Source: a virus. Taken from it: DNA of 64,000 nucleotides. The stretch is taken from IMG/VR virus record IMGVR_UViG_3300021142_000013, positions 38,075 to 102,074 of that record; one strand, 5' to 3'. This document shows positions 9,901-16,706 of the stretch, in pieces. A program made the position numbers and the translations under genes. The notes under the pieces were generated by a model. The model had not been told where the DNA came from and did no database searches. It was given only the letters and a program-made list of their open reading frames with translations. Within the stretch, counting starts at the first letter, position 1; every line of letters starts with the position of its first letter.

Positions 9901-12648
9901 GTAAACCATATGGAAATAATGCTACCAATGTGGTTTAAAAACAAACTTAAAGGAAGTAAAAAATGGAAAAATTCATCTAATGAAGAAATCCTCAATCATT
10001 TAAACAATACAGAAGAAGGAAAGAACATTTTAAAAGGTATTGGTTTTCGTATTCCTACACAGGAAACAAATTCATCTGAAGCATTTATTGTAAAAGATTT
10101 CCTACCAGATATGCTAGGAGATACAATTGTAGTACCAGAAGCACTTACTACAAAAGCAGGTATCGACTTTGACGTGGATAAAATGAATACATATCTTAAA
10201 AATGTATATGTAGATTCAAATGATAACATTAAAGAAGTTCCTTTTTTTGGTATAGGACATGATGCATTAAATAAAGTAAAAGACTTTATACTAGGAAATA
10301 TATTTGAAAAAAAAGTTACTGAGAGATTAGATGCTATTGATAATTTAAGTGATGAAGATTTAGAATCAGATGGATTATATTCAGAATCTGATAGAATATA
10401 TAAAGAATCATTAGAAAATGAATATTTCAATTCAATGAATAATTTAATTCTACATCCTGATAACTATGAAAGATTAATTGTTCCTAACTCCGCAGATAAA
10501 TTTAAAAAAATAGCAAGTAATTTAACAGAATTAGCTCCTGAAGAGTTTGGTGATAAAGGTGTTAAATCTCCTTTAGATAGTTCTTATATGGCTAATGGAC
10601 GACATGGTGCGCTAGTTGTAGCACAGGGTGGTGTGGGTATCGCTGCTGTAGGACAAACAAACAATGCTTATAATCAATTACAACCAATATATCTAGATCC
10701 TGCAAAATTAGCAAATGTACCCAAAAAACAAAGAGATTGGTTAGGTACACTAGATATAAAACTTCCACACAATACAATTAATATTAACGGGATAGATCTT
10801 CCATCATTTTCTTCAAAGGAAGATACGAAAGGGAATTTAATATCTAACAATATTTCTCAGGTAATAGATGGTACTGTTGACTATGTTAAAGACCCTTGGT
10901 TATCTAAATTGGTATACTCTAAATCTTTGCTTTCTCCAGCATTAACTATAATGAAACTAGGTACAGATCCAGAAACAACTTTTATGTTTTTGAATCAACC
11001 TGTTATTAGAGAGTATCTTAAATTCATGGATAAAAATGGTGAAACATTTTTAAATAATGATAAATTAGTAAAATCTTTTTATAAAGTACAAGAGTTTAAT
11101 TCAGGAAAAGCAAAATCTACTGAAATTAATACTAAAGATCTTAAAAATAATATTTCTAAATACTATAAAGATAAAGGCAAGTTTACAGAAGCAGAAAACG
11201 CAGAACAAAAATTAATTTTACAAGAATTTTTAAAATATAATACAATTTCTTCTAATTTATTTGATGTTTCTCGTGTTAGTGATAACGATACAAATCCAAT
11301 TGTTACTGATGCTGATATTATAAAAGAAAATCTTAATCGAGAAAAAGCATTAAATAATAATGTTATATCTGGAATAAATAATCTTTTAAATAATACAGGA
11401 CAAGATAATTTGTTTAAAAAACAAGTTGATGCTGTAAATGCTGTTTCGGAATCATTAAGTAATTTAGATTATGTAAAAGATATTAGAAATTCTGTAATAG
11501 GAGATATTGCAAATATAAGTAGACTTAATAAAGAAGACTATAATAAAGCTGCTCGTGATATAGATAGTTCTTTAATTACATATATGGTTCAAACAGAATC
11601 TGGTTTATCAGATAGAATTAAAGAAATGATGATTGACAGAGAAACTTCTGTTGCAAATAAACTTTTAAATTTAAAGAAAAGTATTCCTAAAAACTCATCT
11701 CTTACCAGCAATAGTTTTTTAAATAAACTATTTGCTAATATCAAAGGAGATACTAAAAATATAGGTCTTTTAACTAAAGTAAATGATATATTAACATCTG
11801 ATACTTATACCAATGATCTACGTGAATTAAGAGATAACGCATCAACCAATGAACTATATAAGGATTTAGTTAATTTATCTTTTCTACAATCAGGTGTATC
11901 TAAAAATGCATTATCGTATTCAGAATATCTTCCACACGAAGATTATAGTGAAATGATACAACCATTAATAGAAAACATCAGTCATTATGATTTAACAGCT
12001 TTTAAAGAAAATGGTGCATATTTTAGAAATGCTTGGAGTAATACCCGTGTAGTTCCTGAAACACATGAAAGTAGATTTGAACCAACTTTCTATAATCCTG
12101 AAGGAGGTGTAAAAGTAGGTCGTATGGAGTATGAACCTTGGCACAAAAGTCTTAGAGAGAAATATAATATAAAAGAGTTTTGGAATAGACCTTATAAAGT
12201 AGGTACTGGTTATGGTGTAGCAGATGCTTCATATATAACAATGAACTTAATAGAAAAAGATAATTTCGGAGAAGATGCTAATTTTGGTAAAGTACTTCTG
12301 AAAAGATTAGAAGATTCTCAAGGTAATCCTATTATAGAAGGTAGTAATTTTACTAATTATGTATATATTCCAATAAATGCTTGGGGTAATGGTGTGAAAG
12401 CACAAGAATATTATTCTGAACCTAAACAATCAGAATTTAAAAATGGATATCGTAAAGTAACAGAAATACCTGCAGAAGAATTATTAAATTCTTATAATAA
12501 AACAGAAGAACTTTTGGAAAATCCAAAAATTAATCGTACTTTTGATAAACCTGAAGAAAAATCGTTATCTAAAGATAATGAGCCAGAAGTTCCTTGGGAT
12601 GAATGTACAAAACCTGCTTTTACTCCTAAAAAACCAAATAAAAAATAA
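961..12648 (+). CDS. Giant virion-packaged two-barrel RNA polymerase / cargo polyprotein with zincin-like domain
   Basis: 3895 aa. Catalytic-like AGIDFDVDKM (DxDxD, nt ~10165-10179) is preceded by GFRIPTQ, as in crAss-like virion RNAPs. HEAFH...E.MAEEF zincin motif at ~5959-5973; hydrophobic N-terminal helices. Confidence 0.9.
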   Translation: MPEYAPIINPDNTRPILPNQSPLSDNISKEPVIGNSKELDAQYRKQQFNNIFSAPYKDKDAMKTYYTPEPETRKYPLFNPLVDNEEIYAQQQSPLTQTFHGITKGVADAGISFAQTLLFQPNAQWAEDAKSRLENFLPNYYSHWQQQHPVQAAIPFFGSGANFWFDKVFKGTADMLGMIGANYIQSALIGLATGGIGEIGTLSEGVGNIYLKASKFLSGVDKTAEFLKDMNLEGRELEAIQGFEKTYTQNVGREFLQNTGHVATNTIFSHMMASQGAKETYDTIHKDLHNQFVQENGYEPTGEDLTNIEKTATSASNVKYGTDFALFMVQALAMPHLLNSFKSAINPSFKGVEELTSKMSGKVSLEEGAKTLTDADKLKYESTKGNPFVNNYIKPFTKNMITLGGITVGTETSKEAVKKYFEDKYNKKIVGNLNDIIKSTVSGLENTFGSNEGLEGILSSMMTGGILGIVEHALEARNARKSGQMTPEERGNYAYNQMNNWSASGIFENNYAEAAATMKSVDDMNQAIKDNDPLAFKAAKDDHFFNFITSGIKNNLFDVRIAQLEAMKEIPLEELNKSLGLPKDTDSHKYIDSLIDKAHELKRAHDAMNKTLGNPFVYKNNPKTEEELKQNELYQTFEDYKSSLVKLSYNKREIDKDVKNIEQEAKKVDPRIDKDLLSKLTDPNKLRDLKEEYKDNIRDLEEQLRAKLFSGKDLINKKEQLKHLNTLVSKIEKTLDSKTFNGVEYHPLFNDLLNYEVNGRNLENQVPIDKVHIADLYDKGYDLNKLTKQVKIADFAYDFQFSKDGYDDFIARTDEARKALDIFRSEAEMKAYSPIKDADEIKDNKAKPEENRQWNLNKEHNPYTVSQDGDKWNVKNPFGEPIQSFDTKAEAEENRDYENKNLSDLKSITPTGKKADDGRIEVVDSKGNVQWLDPRMLENYQPTKTEAEIVAARKEFNKNLQVSVKKQTDKNKPTVLPENDDFAEQIVKDNEARPEAKKPSLSTLFLRGTYNEKDGSPIHKRREAFAAKIDNLPNHNNLRLILITPNTEEAFGLKGLSDAFLDNLGEVINKNDPEQGLVMRAMVEQDADGSLYYVNNKGERIGKAGEEIPNILEKGIFDTMPTTDLSWRSKPDEKRFHYQQGQTEEDALAYQKAWKAKRKQIFKWKGDKENLLGNTEVYEFLTSRGIAQLNDLTPTGKVDENGKEINKRARNAVGGTLIDESKIGNEGLIEISTTGKISHNGEDISVSKGVPLFHNGSTLEYLSNRKLIDKEISNIYNILKYSAKEGKFNQDVIDYLQGVINFTTTETGKSISRNQVYLKDGFLYFGNNENGVPFTEKGIKQNSKLIEEYLGKMYNGVNNRYLKENRPFTEISINDKGELESFTWKSYQHYLLSDKYISDDAEHNLHNKSRGGVDSIPLTTPIRKVVEDVPNDSNFIYKSFIIQNQQEGAEFLKIEKKKEQPEPIKETKPKDTKETPIKFDTTTKYKFKSSTGEDIAYTAGIDENGKAQINWVEEDQLGLRRAVAKILTNKGKDLNDPESQYEAVNQLEKEVTDYLNERLDKKRATTVKDEKKIDEKAKEIKKEKKPNSKKKPNPGFGEEQYRIVDNFDYVKADLNKEEKWMKENLSTVPFNRLENIIRTTNGGTAFGVFKDAAIHIWENAEVGTTYHEAFHSVWDMFTTLPERETLLKEFNSREGSFIDRETGETVDYKNADEHQILEKMAEEFRNHVITNNKPQGNALTRFFRDLVNMIKKLISPESKTIDQLFKRINSGYYNTGTSVSETFDRADSKYRVPGISASKSYHLVKDITSRIISRLFATDEGLNTLVNFENPKDTPSKVFEDIYNERATYYTDNDTEGTIPDQFENGLINEDQFKSYQNFWANVDKGWDTVKADIVDYLKTLGIDTKFSGEYVSLANEESYIENNSENADSADYDKSDRQEQYLKDEFKLDAKRSAGVPIKLLLSTLFEASFQKEAQPINGLMPVSDVIDPNTGLRKMLPYAKTFNTLMSTLYNLNTPSEKQEKLKELAQKDPNYVRLYNRLGFNKPADQINAAELKLQTIFFSVFSKQRPETMTTIKTENGKETSTFSSNTVANTGRLLESWMTNLVEEGLKSGLVEEREGVPTFKASKLRDASLKTNADKSKFLSSFGIQFDPSLMEKLSAKDQKDLSKAINGLKEGIIKNPIIVDVNKKTLGEQSNLERIAEILTRASGEGEESTIFGLKSEQRQTYLNNNTVSNWSNDLNNVKTKEELFNKLPFLENDPYRQDSWYLSNLFNEDGTRKAIKLETKYTQGINDQSDNRNPRKPIGVLPYAERVVHQINQELNKNYYILTPGDSKTEWMLSMEHIIPYSNFKGALVNDKVYNLFNKYYKTEKEIATEADGKINESYKSLTYPINGDYNTEELGKEKLTKFVTDRVEATKKTLMDFGFIQDTGKGFKLKGFDKNFMKANDLNKNLSAQEVHDFIKFREINYMLNNVEQTKLLFGDIVSKAKDWEKRVKSFLSPRQSSYYGNDAYNNILNDEYNKVGDTPLKQGDPGYWNHKDNMKTATIKDVYSTEDREYNGNRKSIVNDASLPKEIREAYEKNNVADAGAWVNATAYREILTKSQQTFTKEQEQQYQYELAKDRMLIDKDSKAGILPKSLSWQYSSEELRKADEELLSKGDPKSGKFAILKTVGTGVDAEGNTFLHKKSIAPQFYSMFRKEENGKVSIGNGALAYLKDLRQGVSYHIAESGVKIGAKEKVDFYNKEGQPNIEQFNLNQISSIPFRYYGIQVETQGSKEKQTLGSQVSKLVKMNFFNGGLPIDIQDKYNLDTWNGLSEKEKLDNSPVYKAIKRYSDVYSAMHDHGYNIFLNKLGIEDLGDRFAIPDKSKVLALLQNELLRREAPENIKDAIKLNDQGEFVTAFEALPNYKQIKDIFSSQIEKNIAKPKMNGGPKIMLSNLGFEVGDRKITQKMVKGNPVYVSSGLEFYTAEYDNAGKRTKVNHMEIMLPMWFKNKLKGSKKWKNSSNEEILNHLNNTEEGKNILKGIGFRIPTQETNSSEAFIVKDFLPDMLGDTIVVPEALTTKAGIDFDVDKMNTYLKNVYVDSNDNIKEVPFFGIGHDALNKVKDFILGNIFEKKVTERLDAIDNLSDEDLESDGLYSESDRIYKESLENEYFNSMNNLILHPDNYERLIVPNSADKFKKIASNLTELAPEEFGDKGVKSPLDSSYMANGRHGALVVAQGGVGIAAVGQTNNAYNQLQPIYLDPAKLANVPKKQRDWLGTLDIKLPHNTININGIDLPSFSSKEDTKGNLISNNISQVIDGTVDYVKDPWLSKLVYSKSLLSPALTIMKLGTDPETTFMFLNQPVIREYLKFMDKNGETFLNNDKLVKSFYKVQEFNSGKAKSTEINTKDLKNNISKYYKDKGKFTEAENAEQKLILQEFLKYNTISSNLFDVSRVSDNDTNPIVTDADIIKENLNREKALNNNVISGINNLLNNTGQDNLFKKQVDAVNAVSESLSNLDYVKDIRNSVIGDIANISRLNKEDYNKAARDIDSSLITYMVQTESGLSDRIKEMMIDRETSVANKLLNLKKSIPKNSSLTSNSFLNKLFANIKGDTKNIGLLTKVNDILTSDTYTNDLRELRDNASTNELYKDLVNLSFLQSGVSKNALSYSEYLPHEDYSEMIQPLIENISHYDLTAFKENGAYFRNAWSNTRVVPETHESRFEPTFYNPEGGVKVGRMEYEPWHKSLREKYNIKEFWNRPYKVGTGYGVADASYITMNLIEKDNFGEDANFGKVLLKRLEDSQGNPIIEGSNFTNYVYIPINAWGNGVKAQEYYSEPKQSEFKNGYRKVTEIPAEELLNSYNKTEELLENPKINRTFDKPEEKSLSKDNEPEVPWDECTKPAFTPKKPNKK
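12513..12544 (+). promoter_or_regulatory. Bacteroidetes sigmaA-type promoter embedded in the 3' end of the RNAP gene
   Basis: TTTG (12513-12516), 20 nt, TACTTTTG (12537-12544); same spacing as the intergenic promoters in this window; about 100 nt upstream of the glycosyltransferase start. Confidence 0.6.
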
Positions 12649-13468
12649 TGAAACTAGAAGCTGTAATTATATGCGTAAACTACTCAGATTTTCTGGCGCA
12701 TACTTTACCACAAAATAAACAGTTTTTTGACAAGTTAGTAGTTGTCACAGATACGAAAGACACAAAAACAAAACAATTATGTGATTATTACAACGTGTTT
12801 TGCATTCAAACAGATGTTTTTTATAATGGAGGTAGTCCTTTTAATAAAGGAATGGGTATAAATGAAGGATTGAAGTGTTTAGATAAAGATGGGTGGGTAT
12901 TACATATAGATGCAGATATTTATCTACCACCTTTAACAAGAGAAATCCTTGAAAAAATAAATTTAAATCCTATTTTTTGTATGGGATAGATCGTATGATG
13001 TGTCCTACATATGAAGAATGGATTAAATTTAAAGAAAACCCTACTCCTACACATACAGCACATGTTTTTGTACATCCTACAATATTTCCTATGGGTGTTA
13101 GAATATGTGATTATACTACTAATCAAGGTTATCATCCTATAGGATATTTTCAGTTATGGAATCCAAAAGGTTCTGGAATATTCAATTATCCAATAGAACA
13201 TGGTCGTGCAGATAGGACAGATGTGCTTTTTTCTAAAAATTGGACAAGAGAAAATAGAGTATTAATTCCAGAACTAATATGCATCCATTTAGAATCAGAA
13301 GATTTGAATCTAAAAGAAATGGGTAAGAACTGGTCTGGTAGAAAAACAACTATTTTTTCTAAAAATGCCGAACCAATTATTATAAAAACCAAACCTATAC
13401 GAGGATATAAATCAGATATGTTTAGACATCTATGTATTCTAATAGGTCGAATATTTGATAAAAAATGA
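12648..13468 (+). CDS. GT-A fold (GT2-like) glycosyltransferase split by a 1-nt frameshift at a T6 run
   Basis: ORF 12648..12989 has CVNYSDFL, FNKG..IN.G and HIDAD (DxD). ORF 12977..13468 continues with YGIDR...GYFQLW. One extra T in ATTTTTTG (12972-12979) joins them as ...NPIFLYGIDR. Confidence 0.75.
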
Positions 13469-14037
13469 TTTTAATTTCTGCACATAAAGATACTGTTTTT
13501 AATAATCCTAAAATGGATTACAAAGACGGTAAACATATTGGTTTACTAGATAATCAAATAGGTATACTTGTAGCGAATCTTTCATTATATAGTAACGATA
13601 TTATATATGAATTAGAAAAATCAGGTAAAATACAATATTATTTTAATGAAGGAGAAGAATTTGGATTATTAACAAATCCACCTAAATTAACTAAAAAAGA
13701 TATTGTAATTGTTGTCGACGTATGTTCAGATAAGAAATATAAAGGATACGATGTCGCTATTGAAAATATCTGGAATATCGAAGATATTGACGGAATAATT
13801 GAAAATCTTAAATGGGAGGGCTATAAGGTATTAAAATCTGACTATACAGGAGATCTTTCAGATGAAGATGAAGCTTTCTCTTGGGTAGAACAAAAAGTGC
13901 CTGTAATGAGCTTTATAATACCAATAGAGGCTATTAATGATGGATGGCATAGAATACAGCAAGATAATACAATAACCTATCAAAAGGTTAAAAAAGCAGC
14001 TAATTGTTTAACTAGATTAATTTGTTATACTATATAA
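13465..14037 (+). CDS. Minimal Zn-dependent amidohydrolase/aminopeptidase (M28/M20/M42 clan)
   Basis: Metal-ligand motifs in canonical order: SAHKD, GLLDN..G, GEEFG, VVDV, C-terminal WH. Confidence 0.75.
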   Translation: MILISAHKDTVFNNPKMDYKDGKHIGLLDNQIGILVANLSLYSNDIIYELEKSGKIQYYFNEGEEFGLLTNPPKLTKKDIVIVVDVCSDKKYKGYDVAIENIWNIEDIDGIIENLKWEGYKVLKSDYTGDLSDEDEAFSWVEQKVPVMSFIIPIEAINDGWHRIQQDNTITYQKVKKAANCLTRLICYTI

Positions 14038-14038
14038 T

Positions 14039-16378
14039 ATGAGCATTAAAGATAAAAAAATTCTAATATTTGACACAGGTTCTTTCTTTGAAACAGCTTT
14101 AAAATTAGCAGATTATTTTCAGCAAGTATACTATTATTGTGCTTGGGAATCTGGATTTCCTGGTATGGATAAAGCAGTTTTAGGTAGTGAATGGAAAGAT
14201 GGTAAACAATTAGATACTTTTGATGGTAAAAATCTTAAACGCGTTTTAAGTTTTTATGATTATATAGATGAAGTAGATGTTATTCTATTTACCGATGTAT
14301 ATTGGGGTGATTTGCAAGAATATCTTCGTAACCTAGGATATAATGTTTTTGGTTGTGGATATGGTTCTGAATTAGAACTTGATAGATGGGATACAGCAAA
14401 AACATTTAAAGAAAATGGTATGGATGTTGCTTCTATGAAAAAAATAATTGGAATAGATGCACTTAAAGAAGAACTACAAAAAGTAGAAGATAAATATATA
14501 AAAATATCACGATATCGTAAATGTACAGAAACTTTTCATCATGAAACTTATGAATTATCTTTACCTATAATTCACAAAATGCAAAGTGAATTAGGTCCTT
14601 TATCTAAAATAGCAGAATTCATAATATGTGATCCTATTGAAGCAATAGTAGAAGAAGGAATTGATTCTTATACGGTTAATGGTGAATATCCGAATGTGGT
14701 ATTAGTAGGTGCAGAAATAAAAGATGCTGCTTATGCAGGAGCCATTATGCAATACAAGGATTTATCTAAAGGAATATTAAAAACAAATAAACAAATTTCT
14801 CCATTATTTAAAGAGTGTCAATATAAAGGATTCTTTTCGACAGAAGTACGTTCTACTAAAGATGATAAGAATTATCTTATAGACATGACTTGTTTTTCAG
14901 AAGATACTGAAGTGCTTACTAACAACGGTTGGAAACTGTTTAAAGATTGTGTAACTGAAGATAAATTTGCTACTTTAAATATAGAAACTAAAGAGATAGA
15001 ATATCAATATGCTTCTAACTATATAGAAAAGGACTATATAGGTAAAATGATTCATTTATCGAATAAAAGAAATACATTTGATTCTTTAGTTACTCCTGAT
15101 CACGATATACTTAGATATGATGAAAAGAAAAGAAAACTTTTTAAACAAAAAGCAAAAGACTTAAATACTAAAGGATATATTCCTCGTACAGGTGTATGGA
15201 AAGGTAAAAATACTGAATTCTTTGAATTACCTTCTTATCATAAAGAATGGGATTGGAATAGTAATCTTCATGGGGGATATAAGATATGTACTAAAATAAA
15301 ACACGAAGATGTTAAGCAGATAAAGATGATTGATTGGGCTTCTTTTATGGGATGGTATTTATCTGAAGGGAGTAACAATGGTTATATAGTAAGTATAACA
15401 CAATCTAAAAGACTAATCGAATTGGAAGAATGTTTAAAAAAGCTTCCTTTTAATTATTCTAAAACTTCTTCAGGATTTCAAATTTCTTCTGTGCAATTAT
15501 GCGAATATTTAAATAAATATGGATTATGTAATGAAAAATACATTCCCGATTATATTTTAAATGCTAATAAAGAAATTATTGAAAGTTTTTTATATTCTTA
15601 TTGGTTAGGTGATGGATCTTCATCTAGTGATAGACAACGATATTTTACTACATCTAAAAAAATAGTAGACGGATTACAAGAATGTATTTTGAAAGTAGGT
15701 TCTGTTGCAAATATTAGAACAGGAAAAGGTGGTAAAGGTTCTGTAATGTCTGTTAATGGTGGAAAAGAATATATAAGAAATCATGATTTATATATTATAG
15801 AACGCTATCGTGAGAGAACAGATTATTGGTTTGAAACAACTTCTCGCAAAGATCGTTATATACACGAAATTGATTATAACGGAAAGGTATATTGTGTTAC
15901 TGTACCAAATGGCACTTTGTATGTAAGAAGAAATGGAAAACCAACATGGTCTGGAAATTGTAGAGAACCTCAACCACCGTCACATTTATATTGTGAAATG
16001 TTTGCGAATCTTGGAGAAATTATATATGAAACAGCTACAGGAAATCTAATAGATGTTATACCAAACGGTAAGTATGGATTATATGCAACAATAACTTCAG
16101 ATTGGTACGATGAAAGCCATCAGGCTATATATTTTCCTCCAGAGATAAGAGATAATGTAAAGCTTAATTATCCTATTAAAATAGATGGTAATTATTACTG
16201 TCTAAATATTAATAATTTTCCAGAAGTAGGTGCTTTAGTATGTTGTGGAGATTCTTTTGAAGAATGTAAAAAGAAAATGGAAGAAATGGCTCCTAAGATA
16301 AAAGGTTATGGTATTAGTATTAAAATGGATAGAATAGATAAAGCAATTGAAGAATTTAGTAAAATGCAAAAATCATGA
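14039..16378 (+). CDS. PurD (GAR synthetase)-like ATP-grasp ligase with intein
   Basis: Removing the intein leaves about 423 aa with VFG.G..SELELDR, YIK, E.I..EEG.D, FSTEVR and YLIDMTCR.P.P (position of PurD EFNxR.GDPE), plus a PurD-like C-terminal domain (G.LV..GDSFEE). Confidence 0.7.
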   Translation: MSIKDKKILIFDTGSFFETALKLADYFQQVYYYCAWESGFPGMDKAVLGSEWKDGKQLDTFDGKNLKRVLSFYDYIDEVDVILFTDVYWGDLQEYLRNLGYNVFGCGYGSELELDRWDTAKTFKENGMDVASMKKIIGIDALKEELQKVEDKYIKISRYRKCTETFHHETYELSLPIIHKMQSELGPLSKIAEFIICDPIEAIVEEGIDSYTVNGEYPNVVLVGAEIKDAAYAGAIMQYKDLSKGILKTNKQISPLFKECQYKGFFSTEVRSTKDDKNYLIDMTCFSEDTEVLTNNGWKLFKDCVTEDKFATLNIETKEIEYQYASNYIEKDYIGKMIHLSNKRNTFDSLVTPDHDILRYDEKKRKLFKQKAKDLNTKGYIPRTGVWKGKNTEFFELPSYHKEWDWNSNLHGGYKICTKIKHEDVKQIKMIDWASFMGWYLSEGSNNGYIVSITQSKRLIELEECLKKLPFNYSKTSSGFQISSVQLCEYLNKYGLCNEKYIPDYILNANKEIIESFLYSYWLGDGSSSSDRQRYFTTSKKIVDGLQECILKVGSVANIRTGKGGKGSVMSVNGGKEYIRNHDLYIIERYRERTDYWFETTSRKDRYIHEIDYNGKVYCVTVPNGTLYVRRNGKPTWSGNCREPQPPSHLYCEMFANLGEIIYETATGNLIDVIPNGKYGLYATITSDWYDESHQAIYFPPEIRDNVKLNYPIKIDGNYYCLNINNFPEVGALVCCGDSFEECKKKMEEMAPKIKGYGISIKMDRIDKAIEEFSKMQKS
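14891..15958 (+). mobile_element. Intein (356 aa) with LAGLIDADG homing endonuclease
   Basis: Starts CFSEDTEVLTNNGW; block B VTPDH; endonuclease blocks FMGWYLSEG and FLYSYWLGDG; ends VYCVTVPNGTLYVRRNGKPTWSGN followed by Cys(+1). Confidence 0.93.
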
Positions 16379-16692
16379 ACATTCACGATTCACGAAAAAT
16401 CTTTTTGAATAAAAGATATATTATCCCAAACGATAAAAATATTTATTATTTTGCAAGTGGTGGTAATTTATTTATATTTAAAGAAGATGGCGGTCAATTA
16501 TCTACAAGATATACTATATATCAGGAAGGTAGTGATTGTTTTATAAAAAGTCCTGCTTTTTATGGTAATCAACCATTATTAGTTGATAAAAATAAAAAAA
16601 GTTTAATCAAATTAACTCCTAAAAATCCAAAAGATGAACACGATTTCATATATTTACAATTATATGCAATCTTTGGAATGTCTTTTTCATAA
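16375..16692 (+). CDS. Hypothetical protein
   Basis: 105-aa ORF overlapping the ATP-grasp stop (ATGA coupling). Confidence 0.6.
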   Translation: MNIHDSRKIFLNKRYIIPNDKNIYYFASGGNLFIFKEDGGQLSTRYTIYQEGSDCFIKSPAFYGNQPLLVDKNKKSLIKLTPKNPKDEHDFIYLQLYAIFGMSFS

Positions 16693-16706
16693 TTTAAAAT
16701 AATCAA

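Noticed and set aside
14039-16378. Calling the gene purD
   Set aside because: It lacks the GxGGRE and EFNxRFGDPE signatures and has no pur gene context; only fold-level similarity is supported.
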